A stretch of 64,000 nt of DNA, taken from assembly GCF_009914755.1 (NCBI RefSeq), contig NC_060925.1; one strand, given 5' to 3'. The notes under the pieces were generated by a model. It saw nothing but the letters and a program-made list of their open reading frames with translations, was not told where the DNA came from and did not search any database. The stretch comes from the human T2T-CHM13v2.0 reference genome, Homo sapiens. Made by a program: the position numbers and the translations under genes. This document shows, in pieces, positions 1 through 13,151 of this stretch (positions are counted from its first letter, which is position 1; each line of letters opens with the position of its first letter).

Positions 1-1525
1 AAAAAATATCTTCACATAAAAACTAGACAGAAGCATTCTCAGAAACTTCTTTGTGATGTTTGCATTCAACTCACAGAACTGAACCTTCCTTTTCATTGAG
101 CAGTTTTGAAACACTCTTTTCGTAGAATCTGCAATTGGATATTTCGACCGCTTTGAGGCCTTCATTGGAAACGGGAATAACCTCACATAAAAACTAGACA
201 GAAGCATTCTCAGAAACGCCTTTGTGATCTGTGCATTCAACTCACAGAGTTGAACCTTCTTTTTCATAGAGCAGTTTTTAAACACTCTTTTTGTAGAATC
301 TGCAAGTGGACATTTGGAGCGCTTTGAGGGCAGTGGTGCAAAAGAATATATCTTCACATAAAAACTAGATGGAAGCGTCCTCAGAAATTTCTTTGTGATG
401 TTTGCATTCAAATGCCAGAGTTGAACATACCTTATCATAGAGCAGTTTTGAAACACTCTTTTTGTACCATCTACAAGTGGACATTTTGAGAGCTTTGAGG
501 CCTATGGTAGAAAAGGAAATATCTTCACATGAAAAATAGACAGAAGCATTATCAGAAACTTTGTGATCTTTGCATTCAACTCACAGAGTTAAACCTTCCT
601 TTTCATAGAGCTCTTTTGAAATACTCTTTTCGTAGAATCTGCAAGTGGATATTTGGACCACTTTGAGGCCTTCTTTGGAAACGGGAATATTTTCACATAA
701 AAACTAGACAGAAGCATTCTCAGAAAAGTCCTTGTAATGTCTGCATTCAACTCACAGAGGTGAACCTTCCTTTTCATAGAGCACTTTTGAAACACTCTTT
801 TTGTGGAATCTACAAGTGGACTTTTGCAGCGCTTTGAGGACTACGGTGGAAAAGGAAAGATCTTCACATAAAAACTAGACAGAAGCATTCTCACAGACTT
901 CTTTGTGATGTTTGCATTCAACTAACAGAGTTGAGCATACCTTTTCGTGGAGAAGTTTTGAAACACTCTTTTTTGCAGAATCTGTAGGTGGATATTTGGA
1001 CCGCTTTGAGGACTTCATTGGAAACAGGAATATCTTCACATAGAAACCAGACAGAAGCATTCTCAGAAATATCTTTGTGATGTGTGCATTCAACTCACAG
1101 AGTTGAACCTTTCCTTTGGTAGAGCAGTTTTGAAACACTTTTTTTGAAGTATTTGTAAGTGGACATTTGGAGCGCTTTGAGGGCAATGGTGGAAAAGTGA
1201 ATATCTTCACATAAAGACTAGACAGAAGCATTCTCAGAAACTTCTTTGTGATGTTTGCATTCAACTCACAGAGTTGAACATAACTTTTCATAGAGCAGTT
1301 TTGAAACACTCTTTTTGTAGAATCTTCATGTGGACATTTAGAGCGCTTTGAGGGCTATGGTTGAAAAGGAAATATCTTCACATAAAAACTAGACAGAAGC
1401 ATTCTCAGAAACTTCTTTGTGATGTTTGCATTAAAGTCAGAGGGTTGAACCTTCCTTACCATAGAGCAGTTTTGAAGCACTCTTATTTTAGAATCTGCAA
1501 GTGGATATTTGGACCACTTTGAGGC

Positions 1526-1542
1526 TTTCGTTTGAAACGGGA
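1526..1542 (+). promoter_or_regulatory. CENP-B box (core nTTCGnnnnAnnCGGGn intact)
   Basis: TTTCGTTTGAAACGGGA. Confidence 0.75.
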
Positions 1543-2314
1543 TTATCTTCACATTAAAAACTAGACAGAAGCATTCTCGGAAACTTCTTTGAGATGTGTG
1601 AATTCAACTCACAGAGTTGAAACTTTCTTTTGATAGAGTAGTTTTGAAACACTCTTTTTTGTAGAATCTGAAAGTGGACATTGGAGATCTTTGAGGTCCA
1701 TAGTGAAAAGCACATATCTTCACATAAAACAAGACAGAAGCATTTTCAGAAAGATCTTTGTGATGTTTGCATTCAACTCACAGAGTTGAACATTCCTTTT
1801 CATAGAGCAGTATTAAAACACTCTTTTTGTAGTATTTGCAAGTGGATATTTGGACCGCATTGATGTCTTCTTTGGAAACGGGGATATCTTCACATAAAAA
1901 CTAGAAAGAAGCATTCTCAGAAACATCTTTGTGATGTTTACTTTCAACTCACAGAGCTGAAGCTTCCTTTTGATAAAGAAGTTTTGAAACACTCTTTTTG
2001 TAGAATCTGCAAGTGGACATTTCGAAAGCTTTGCGGCCTATGTTGGAAAAGGAAATATCTTCACATACATACTAGACAGAAGCATTCTGAGAAACTTATT
2101 TGCGATATTTGCATTCAACTCACAGAATTGAACTTTCCTTGTCCTAGAGCAGTTTTGAAACACTCTTTTCGTGGAATCTGAAAGAGGATATTTAGGCCGA
2201 ATTGAGGCCTTCGTTGGAAAGGGAAATATCTTCTCACAAAAACTAGAAAGAAGCATTCTCAGAAACTTCTTTGCGATGTTCGCATTCAACTCACAGAGTT
2301 GAAGCTTCCTTTTC

Positions 2315-3418
<1,104 letters not shown>

Positions 3419-4127
3419 TGAGACCTTCTGTGGAAATGGGAATATCTTCACATAAAAACTGGGCAGAAGCATTCTCAGAAAGTTGTTTCTGATGTGTGCA
3501 TTCAACTCACAGAGTTGAACCTTTCTCTTGATAGAGCAGTTTAAAAACACTCTTTTTGGAGAATCTGACAGTGGACATTTGGAGAGCTTGGAGGTCTAAG
3601 GTGGAAAAGGAACTATCTTCACATAAAAACTAGACAGAAGCATTCTCAGAAACTTCTCTATGATGTTTGTATTCAACTCACAGAGCTGAACCTTCCTTTT
3701 CATAGGGCAGTTTTGAAACACTTTTTTTGTAGATTCTGCAAGTAGATATTTGAACCGATTTGAGGCTTTCTTTGGAAAAGGTAATATCTTCACCTAAAAA
3801 CTAGACAGAAGCATTCTCAGAAACGTCTTTGTGATGCATGAATTCAACTAACATAGTTGAACCTTTCTTTTGATAGAGCAGTTTTGAAACACTATTTTTG
3901 AAGAATCTGCAAGGGGATATATGGAGTGCTTTGAGGGCAATGGTGGAAAAGGAAATACATTCACGTAAAAGCTAGACAGAAACATTCTCAAAAACTTCTT
4001 TGTGATGTTTGCATTCAAGTCCCAGAGTTGAACATACCTTATCAAGGGCAGTTTTGAAACACTCTTTTGTAGAATCTGCAAGTGGATATTTGGACAGCTT
4101 TGAGGTCTTCGTTGGAAATGGGAATAC

Positions 4128-5487
4128 CTTCACATAAAAACTAGACAGAAGCATTCTCAGAAACTTCTTTTGGATGTGTGCATTCAACTCACACAGTTGA
4201 ACCTTCGTTCTGATAAAGCAGTTTTGAAACACTCTTTTTGTAGAATCCGCACGGGACATTTGAAGAGCTTTGAGAGCTATGATGGAAAAGGAAATATCTT
4301 CACATAAAAACTAGACAGAATCATTCTCAGAAACTTCTTTGTGATTTTTGCATTCAACTCAGAGTTGAACATTCCTTTTCATAGAGCAGTTTTGAAACAC
4401 TATTTTTGTAGAATCTGCAAGTGGATATTTGGACCACTTTGAGGCCTTCTTTGGAAACCGGAATATCTTCATATAAAAACTGGACAGAAGCATTCTCAGA
4501 AAGTTCTTTGTGATGTGTGCATTCAACTCACAGATTTGAACTTTGTTTTGATAAGGCAGTTTTGAAACCCTCTTTTTATAGAATCTGTAAGTGTCTATTT
4601 GGAGAGCTTTGAGGCCTATGGTGGAAAAGGAAATATCTTCACATAAAAACTAGACAGAAGCATTCTCAGAAACTTCTTTGTGATGTGTGCATTCAACTCA
4701 CAGAGTTAAACCTTCCTTTTGTTAGAGCAGTTTTGAAACACTGTTTTCGTAGAATCTGCAAGTAGATATTTGGACAGCTTTGAGGCCTTCGTTGGAAATG
4801 GGAATATCTTCACATAAAAACTAGACAGAAGCATTCTCAGAAACTTCTTTTGGATGTGTGCATTCAACTCACACAGTTGAACCTTCGTTCTGATAAAGCA
4901 GTTTTGAAACACTCTTTTTGTAGAATCCGCACGGGACATTTGAAGAGCTTTGAGAGCTATGATGGAAAAGGAAATATCTTCACATAAAAACTAGACAGAA
5001 TCATTCTCAGAAACTTCTTTGTGATTTTTGCATTCAACTCAGAGTTGAACATTCCTTTTCATAGAGCAGTTTTGAAACACTATTTTTGTAGAATCTGCAA
5101 GTGGATATTTGGACCACTTTGAGGCCTTCTTTGGAAACCGGAATATCTTCATATAAAAACTGGACAGAAGCATTCTCAGAAAGTTCTTTGTGATGTGTGC
5201 ATTCAACTCACAGATTTGAACTTTGTTTTGATAAGGCAGTTTTGAAACCCTCTTTTTATAGAATCTGTAAGTGTCTATTTGGAGAGCTTTGAGGCCTATG
5301 GTGGAAAAGGAAATATCTTCACATAAAAACTAGACAGAAGCATTCTCAGAAACTTCTTTGTGATGTGTGCATTCAACTCACAGAGTTAAACCTTCCTTTT
5401 GTTAGAGCAGTTTTGAAACACTGTTTTCGTAGAATCTGCAAGTAGATATTTGGACAGCTTTGAGGCCTTCGTTGGAAATGGGAATAT
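4128..5487. repeat. Perfect 680-bp (4-monomer) tandem duplication within alpha satellite
   Basis: By eye, 4128-4850 is identical to 4808-5530. Rare variants such as TAGAATCCGCACGGGACA and the 2-bp-deleted CAACTCAGAGTT are present in both copies. Confidence 0.93.
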
Positions 5488-6832
5488 CTTCACATAAAAA
5501 CTAGACAGAAGCATTCTCAGAAACTTCTTTGGGATGTGTGCATTCAACTCACAGAGTTGAACCTTCCTTTTGATAGAGCAGTTTTGAAACACTCTTTTTG
5601 TATAATCTGCAAGGGACATTTGGAGAGTTTGAGAGCTATGGTGGAAAAGGAAATATCCTCACATAAAAACTAGACAGAAGCATTCTCAGAAACTTCTTTG
5701 CGATGTTCGCATTCAATTCACAGAGTTGAAGATTCCTTTTCATAGAGCAGTTTTGAAACACTCTTTTTGTGGAATCTGCATGTGGATATTTGGACCACTT
5801 TGAGGCATTGGTTGGAAACTGGAATATCTTCACATGAAAAGTGGAGAGAAGCATTCTCAGCAAGTTCTTTTTGATGAGTGCATTCAAGTCACAGAGTTGA
5901 ACTTTTCTTTTGATAGGGCAGTTTTGAAATACTCTTTTTGTAGAATCTGCAAGTGGCCATTTGGAGAGCTTTGAGGCCTATGGTGGAAAAGGAAATATCT
6001 CCACATTAAAACTAGACAGAAGCATTCTCAGAAACTTCTTTGTGATGTGTGCATTCAACTCACAGAGTTGAACCTTCCTTTTGTTAGAGCAGTTTTGAAA
6101 CACTCTTTTTGTAAAATCTGCAAGTGAACAGTTGGACCACTTTGTGGTCTGCGTTGGAAAAGGGAATATCTTAAAATAAAAACTACACAGAAGCATTCTC
6201 AGAAACGTCTTTCTGATGTGTGCATTCAATTCACAGTGTTGAACCTTCCTTTTGATAAAGCAGTTTTGAAATACTTTTTTTGTAGAATCTGCAAGTGTAA
6301 ATTTGGAGTGCTTCGAGGCCTATTGTGGAAAAGGAAATATCTCCACATAAACACTAGAGAGAAGCATTCTCAGAAACTTCTTTGGCATATTTGCATTCAA
6401 CTCAGGGAGTTGAACCTTTCTTTTCATACAGCAGTGTTGAAACACTCTTTTCGTAGAATCTGCCAGTGGATATTTGGACAGCTTTGAGGCCTTAGTTGGA
6501 AACGGGAATATCTTCAAATAAAAACTAGACAGAAGCATTCTCAGAAACTTCTTTGAAATGTATGCATTCAACTCACCGAGTTGAACCTTCCTTTTGATAG
6601 AGCAGTTTTGAAACACACTTTTTGTAGAATTTGCAAGTGGACATTTTGATAGCTTTGTCGCCTATGGTGGAAAAGGAAATATCTTCACATAAAAGCTAGA
6701 CAGAAGCATTTTCAGAAAGGTATTTATGATGTGTGCATTCAAGTCACAGAGTTGAACATTCCTTTTGATAGAGCAGTTTTGAAACCCTCTTTTTGTAGAA
6801 TCAGCAAGTAGATATTTGGACTGCTTTGATGC

Positions 6833-6849
6833 CTTCGTTGGAAACGGGA
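6833..6849 (+). promoter_or_regulatory. CENP-B box, canonical
   Basis: CTTCGTTGGAAACGGGA. Confidence 0.85.
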
Positions 6850-7173
6850 ATATCTTCACATAAAAACTAGACAGAAGCATTCTCAGAAAGTTCTTTGTGA
6901 TGTGCACATTCACCTCATAGAGTTGAACCTTTCTTTTGAAAGAACAGCTTTGAAACCCTCTTTTTGTAGAATCTGCAAGTGGACATTTGGAGAGCTTTGA
7001 GGCCTATGATGGAAAAAAATTATCTTCACATAAAAACTAGACGGAAGCATTCTCAGAAACTATTTTGTGATGTTTGCATTCAACTCACAGAGTCGAATAT
7101 ACCTTTTCATTGTACAGTTTTGAAACTCTCTTATTGTAGAATCTGCAAGTGGATAATTTGACCACTTTGAGGC

Positions 7174-7190
7174 CTTCGTCTGAAACGGGA
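7174..7190 (+). promoter_or_regulatory. CENP-B box (core intact)
   Basis: CTTCGTCTGAAACGGGA. Confidence 0.72.
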
Positions 7191-7344
7191 ATATCTTCAC
7201 ATAAAAACTAGACAGAAGCATTCTCAGAAACTTCTTTGTGATGTTTGCATTCAACTCACGGGATTGAACAAACCTTTTCATAGAGCAGTTTTTAAATACT
7301 CTTTTTGTAGAATCTGCAAGTGGATATTTGGACCACTTTGAGGC

Positions 7345-7361
7345 CTTCGTTGGAAACGGGA
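7345..7361 (+). promoter_or_regulatory. CENP-B box, canonical
   Basis: CTTCGTTGGAAACGGGA. Confidence 0.85.
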
Positions 7362-7856
7362 ATATCTTCACATGAAAACTACACAGAAGCATTCTCAGAA
7401 ACTTGTTTGTGATGTGTGCATTCAACTCACAGATTTGAAATTTTCTTTTGATAGAGCAGTTTTGAAACACTCTTTTTGTAGAATCTGTAAGTGGACATTT
7501 GGAGAGCTTTGAGGCCTATTGTGGAAAAGGAAACGTCTTCAAATAAAAATTAGGCAGAAGCATTCTCAGAAACTTCTTTGTGATGTTTGCATTCAACTCA
7601 CAGAGTTGAAATTTGTTTGGATAGGGCAGATTTGAAAACCTCTTTTTGTAGAATCTGCAAGTGGCTATTTGGGGAGCTTTGAGGCCTATGGTGGAAAAGG
7701 AAATATCTCCATATTAGAACTAGACAGAAGCATTCTCAGAAACTTCTTTGGGATGTGTGCATTCAACTCACAGAGTTGAACCTTCCTTTTGTTAGAGCAG
7801 TTTTGAAACACTCTTTTCATAGAATCTGCAAGTCGATATTTGGAGAGCTTTGAGGC

Positions 7857-7873
7857 CTTCGTTGGAAACGGGA
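7857..7873 (+). promoter_or_regulatory. CENP-B box, canonical
   Basis: CTTCGTTGGAAACGGGA. Confidence 0.85.
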
Positions 7874-8880
7874 ATACCTTCATATAAAAACTAGACAGAA
7901 GGATTCTCAGAAACTTTTTTGGGATGTGTGCATTCAACTCACAGAGTTGAACCTTCTTTTTGATAGAGCAGTTTTGAAACACTCTTTTTGTAGAATCTGC
8001 CAGGGACATTTGAAGAGTTTGAGAGCTATGGTGGAAAAGGAAATATCTTCACATAAAAACTAGACAGAAGCATTCTCAGAAACTTCTTTGTGATTTTTGC
8101 ATTCAACTCACCGAGTTGGACATTCCTTTTCATAGAGCAGCTCTGAATCACTCTTTTTGTAGAATCTGCATGTGGATATTTGGACCACTTTGAGGCATTG
8201 CTTAGAAACCGGAATATCTTCACATAAAAACTGGACAGAAGCATTCTCAGGAAGTTCTTTGTGATGAGTGAGTTCAACTCACAGTGTTGAATCTTTCTTT
8301 TGATAGGGCAGTTTTGAAACACTCTTTTTGTGTGATCTGCAAGTGCCCATTTGGAGAGCTTTGAGGCCTATGGTGGAAAAGGAAATATCTCCACATTAAA
8401 ACTAGACAGAAGGAATCTCAGAAACTTATTTGTGACATATGGATTCAACTCACAGAGTTGAACATTCCTTTTGTTAGAGCAGTTTTGAAACATTCTTTTT
8501 GTAAAATCTGCAAGTGGATATTTGGACAGCTTTGTGGTCTGCTTTGGAAATGGGAATATCCTAAAATAAAAACTAGACGGAAGCATTCTCAGAAATGTCT
8601 TTCTGATGTGTGCATTCAATTCACAGCGTTGAACCTTCCTTTTGATAAAGCAGTTTGGAGACACACTTTTTGTAGAATCTGCAAGTGGAAATTTGGAGTG
8701 CTTTGAGGGCTATTGTGGAAAAGGAAATATCTTCACATAAATACTAGACAGAAGAATTCTCAGAAACTTCTTCGGGATATTTGCATTCAACTCAGAGAAT
8801 TGAACCTTCCTTTTCATAGAGCAGTTTTGAAACACTCTTTTCGTAGAATCTGCAAGTGGATATTTGGACAGCTTTGAGGC

Positions 8881-8897
8881 CTTCGTTGGAAACGGGA
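8881..8897 (+). promoter_or_regulatory. CENP-B box, canonical
   Basis: CTTCGTTGGAAACGGGA. Confidence 0.85.
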
Positions 8898-10580
8898 ATA
8901 TCTTCACATAAAAACTAGACAGAAGCATTCTCAGAACCTTCTTTGAAATCTGTGCATTCAACTCACAGAGTTGAACCTTCGTTTTGATAGAGCAGTTTTG
9001 AAACACTCTTTTTGTAGAATCTGCAAGGGACATTTGGAGAGCTTAGAGAGCTCTGGTGGAAAAGGACACATCTTCACATAAAAACTAGATAGAAAAAGTC
9101 TCAGAAACTTCTTTGTGATTTTTGCATTCAACTCACAGAGTTGAACATTCCTTTTCATAGAGCAGTTTTGAAACACTGTTTTTGTAGAATCTGCAAGTGG
9201 ATATTTGGACCACTTTGAGGCCTTTGTTGGAAACTGGAATATCCTCACATAAAAACTGGACGGAATATTCTCAGAAAGTTCTTTGTGATGTGTGCATTCA
9301 AATCACAGAGTTGAACTTCGTTGTGAAAGAACAATTTTGAAACACTCTTTTTGTGGAATATGCAATTTGCCATTTGTAAAGCTTTGAGGTCTATGGTGGA
9401 AAAGGAAGTATCTCCACGTTAAAACTAGACAGAAGCATTCTCAGAAACTTCTTCGTGATGTGTGCATTCAACTCACAGTGTTGAACGTTCCTTTTGTTAG
9501 AGAAGTTTTGAAACACTGTTTTCTTAGAATCTGCAAGTGGATATTTGGAGAGCTTTGAGGCCTTCGTTGGAAACGGAAATATCTTCACATGAAAACTAGA
9601 CAGAGGCATTCTCTGAAACTTCTTTGGGATGTGTGCATTCATCTCACAGAGTTGAATCTTCCTTTTTGATAGAGCAGTTTTGAAACACTCTTTTTGTAGA
9701 ATCTGCAAGGGACATTTTGAGAGCTTTGAGAGCTATGGTGGAAAAGGAAATATCTTCACATAAAAAAAGACAGAAGCATTCTCAGAAACTTCTTTGTGAT
9801 GTTTGTATTCAACTCACAAAGTTGAACTTTCCTTTTCATAGAGCAGTTTTGAAACACTTTTTGTAGAATCTGCAAGTGGATATTTGGAACACTTTGAGGC
9901 ATTCGTTGGTAACCGGAATATCTTCACATAAAAACTGGACAGAAGCTTTCTTAGAAAGTTCTTTGTGATGTGTGAATTCATCTCACAGAGTTGAACTTTG
10001 TTTTGATAGGGCAGTTTTGAAACACCATATTTGTAAAATCTGCAAGTGGCCATTTGGCGAGCTTTCAGGCCTAGGTGGAAAAGGAAATATTTCCACATAA
10101 AAACTAGACAGAAGCATTCTCAGAAAGTTTTTTGTGATGTGTGGATTCAACTCACAGAGTTGAACCTTCCTTTTATGAGAGCAGTTTTGAAACACTCTTT
10201 TCGTAGGATCTGCAAGTGGATATTTGGACTGCTTTGTGGTCTGCATTGGAAACGGGAATATCTTCACATATAATTGGACAGAATGATTTTCAGAAAGTTA
10301 TTTGTGATGTGTACATTCAACTCACAGAGTTTAAAGTTTCTTTTCATATAGCAGTATTGAAACACTCTTTTTGTAGAATCTGCAAGTGGACAATTCGAGG
10401 GCTTTGAGTGCCTTGGTGGAAAAGGAAATATCTTCACACAAAAACTAGACAGAAGCATTCTCAGAAGCTTCTTTGAGATGTGTGCATTCAACTCAGAGAA
10501 TTGAACCTTCCTTTCCATACAGCAGTTTTGAAACACTCTTTTCGTAGTATCTGTAAGTCGATATTTGGACCGTTTGAGGC

Positions 10581-10597
10581 ATTCGTTGGAAACGGGA
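10581..10597 (+). promoter_or_regulatory. CENP-B box (core intact)
   Basis: ATTCGTTGGAAACGGGA. Confidence 0.75.
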
Positions 10598-11261
10598 TTA
10601 TCTTCACATAAAACTTGACAGAAGCATTCTCAGAAACGTCTTTGTGATGTCTGCATTCAACTCACAGACTAGAACCTTCCTTTTCATAGAGCAGTTATGA
10701 AACGCTCTTTTTGTAGAATCTGCAAGTGGATATTTGGAGAGCTTTGAAGGCTATCTGGGAAAAGGAAATATCTTCACATAAAAACTAGACAGAAGCATTC
10801 TCAGAAACTTCTTTGTCATGTTTGCATTCAACTCACAGAGTTGAATCTTCTATTTCATAGAGCAGTTTTGATACACTGTTTTTGTAGAATCTCCAAGTAG
10901 ATATTTGCACCGATTTGAGGCTTTCTTTGGAAACGGGGATATCTTCACATAAAAACTAGACTGAAGCATTCTCAGAAACGTCTTTGTGATGTGTGCATTC
11001 AACTCACAGAGTTGAACTTTCTTGGATAGAGCAGTTTTGAAACATTCTTTTCATAGACTCTGCAAGTGAATATTGGGACCGCTTTGAGGCCTTTGTTGGA
11101 AATGGGGATATCTTCACATAAAAACTAGAAAGAAGCATTCTCAGAAACGTCTTTCTGATGTGTGCATTCTACTCACAGATTTGAACTTACTTTTTCATAG
11201 GACATTTTTGAAATACTCTTTTTCTAGAATCTGCAAGTGGATATTTGGACTGCTTTGACGT

Positions 11262-11278
11262 CTTCGTTGGAAACGGGA
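11262..11278 (+). promoter_or_regulatory. CENP-B box, canonical
   Basis: CTTCGTTGGAAACGGGA. Confidence 0.85.
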
Positions 11279-12004
11279 ATAACTTCATATAAAAACTAGA
11301 CAGAAGCATTCTAAGAAAATTCTTTGTGATGTGTGCATTCAACTCACAGAGTTGAACCTTCCTTTTGATACAGCAGTTTCAAAACTGTCTTTTTGTGGAA
11401 TTTGCAAGTGGACATTTGGGTAGCTTTGAGGCCTATGGTGGAAAAGGAAATATCTTCACATAAAAACTAGACAGAAGACTTTTCAGAAACGTCTTTGTGA
11501 TGTGTGCATTCAACTCACAGAGTTGAATATTCCTTTTGATAGAGCAGTTTTAAAACACTCTTTTTGTAGATTCAGCAAGGGGATATTTGGACTGCTTTGA
11601 TGCCTTCGTTTGGAAACTGGAATATCTTCACATAAAAACTAGACGGAAACATTCTCAGTAACTTCTTTGTGATTTGTGTATTCAAGGCATATAGTTGAAC
11701 CTTTCTTTTGATACAACAGTTTGGAACACTCTTTTTATAGAATCTGCAAGTGGACATTGGGAGAGCTTTGAGGCTTATAATGGAAAAAAATCTTCACATA
11801 AAAACTAGACAGAAGCATTCTCAGAAAGTTCTTTGGGATGTGTGCATTCAACTCACAGAGGTGAAACTTCCTTTTTATGGAGCAGTTTTGAAACACTCTT
11901 TTTGTAGAATCTGCAAGGGACATTTGGAGAGCTTTGGGAGCTCTGGTGGAAAAGGAAATATCTTCACATAAAAACTAGACAGAAGCATTCTCAGACACTT
12001 CTTT

Positions 12005-12688
12005 TTTTAAATTTATTTATTATTATTATACTTTAAATTTTAGGGTACATGTGCACAATGTGCAGGTTAGTTATATATGTATACACGAGCCATGTTGGTG
12101 TGCTTCACCCATTAACTCGTCATCTAGCGTTAGATATATCTCCCAATGCTATGCCTCCCCTCTCCCCCCACCCCACAACAGTCTCCAGAGTTTGATGTTC
12201 CCCTTCCTGTGACCATGTGTTCTCATTGTTCAATTCCCACCTATGAGTGAGAATATGCGGTGTTTGATTTTTTGTTCTTCTGGTAGTTTACTGAGAATGA
12301 TGATTTCCAATTTCATCCATGTCCCTACGAAGGACATGAACTCATTATTTTTTATGGCTGCATAGTATTCCATGGTGTATATGTGCCACATTTTCTTAAT
12401 CCAGTCTATCATTGTTGGACATTTGCGTTGGTTCCAAGTCTTTGCTATTGTGAATAATGCCCCAATAAACATACGTGTGCATGTGTCTTTATAGCAGCAT
12501 GATTTATAGTCCTTTGGGTATATACCCAGTAATGGGATGGCTGGGTCAAATGGTATTTCTAGTTCTAGATCCCTGAGAAATCGCCACACTGACTTCCACA
12601 ATGGTTGAACTAGTTTACAGTCCCACCAACAGTGTAAAAGTGTTCCTAATTCTCCACATCCTCTCCAGCACCTGTTGTTTCACGACTT
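12005..12688 (-). mobile_element. 5'-truncated L1 (L1PA3-like), about 0.68 kb
   Basis: Degenerate T-rich tail at 12005-12030, then antisense 3'UTR, then the ORF2 C-terminus on the minus strand (WKSVWRFLRDLELEIPFDPAIPLLGIYP...KHRIFSLIGGN). The 3'UTR has CCCATTAAC, GATGTTCCCC and GTGTTCTC, which are older than the states in the 2315 copy. Confidence 0.95.
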
Positions 12689-13134
12689 GATTTTTGCATT
12701 CGACTCACAGAGTTGAACATTCATTTTCATAGAGCAGTTTTGAAACACTGTTTTTGTAGAATCTGCAAGTGGGTATTTGGACCACTTTCAGGCCTTCATT
12801 TGAAACCGGAATATCTTCACATAAAAACTAGACAGAAGTATTCTCATAAACTGCTTTGTGATGTGTGCATTCAACGCACAGAGTAGAACGTTTCTTTTGA
12901 TAGAGCAGTTTTGAAACACTCTTTTTGTAGAATCTGCAAGAGTTCATTTGGAGCGCTTTGAGGCCTATGGTGGAAAAGGAAATATCTTCACATAAAAACT
13001 AGAGAGAAGCATTCTCAGAAACTTCTTTGTGTGTGTGCATTCAGCTCACAGCGTTGAACCTTCCTTTTGTTAGAGCAGTTTTGAAACACTCGTTTTATAG
13101 GATCTGCTAGTGGATATTTGGAGATTTTTGAGGC

Positions 13135-13151
13135 CTTCGTTGGAAACGGGA
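13135..13151 (+). promoter_or_regulatory. CENP-B box, canonical
   Basis: CTTCGTTGGAAACGGGA. Confidence 0.85.
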
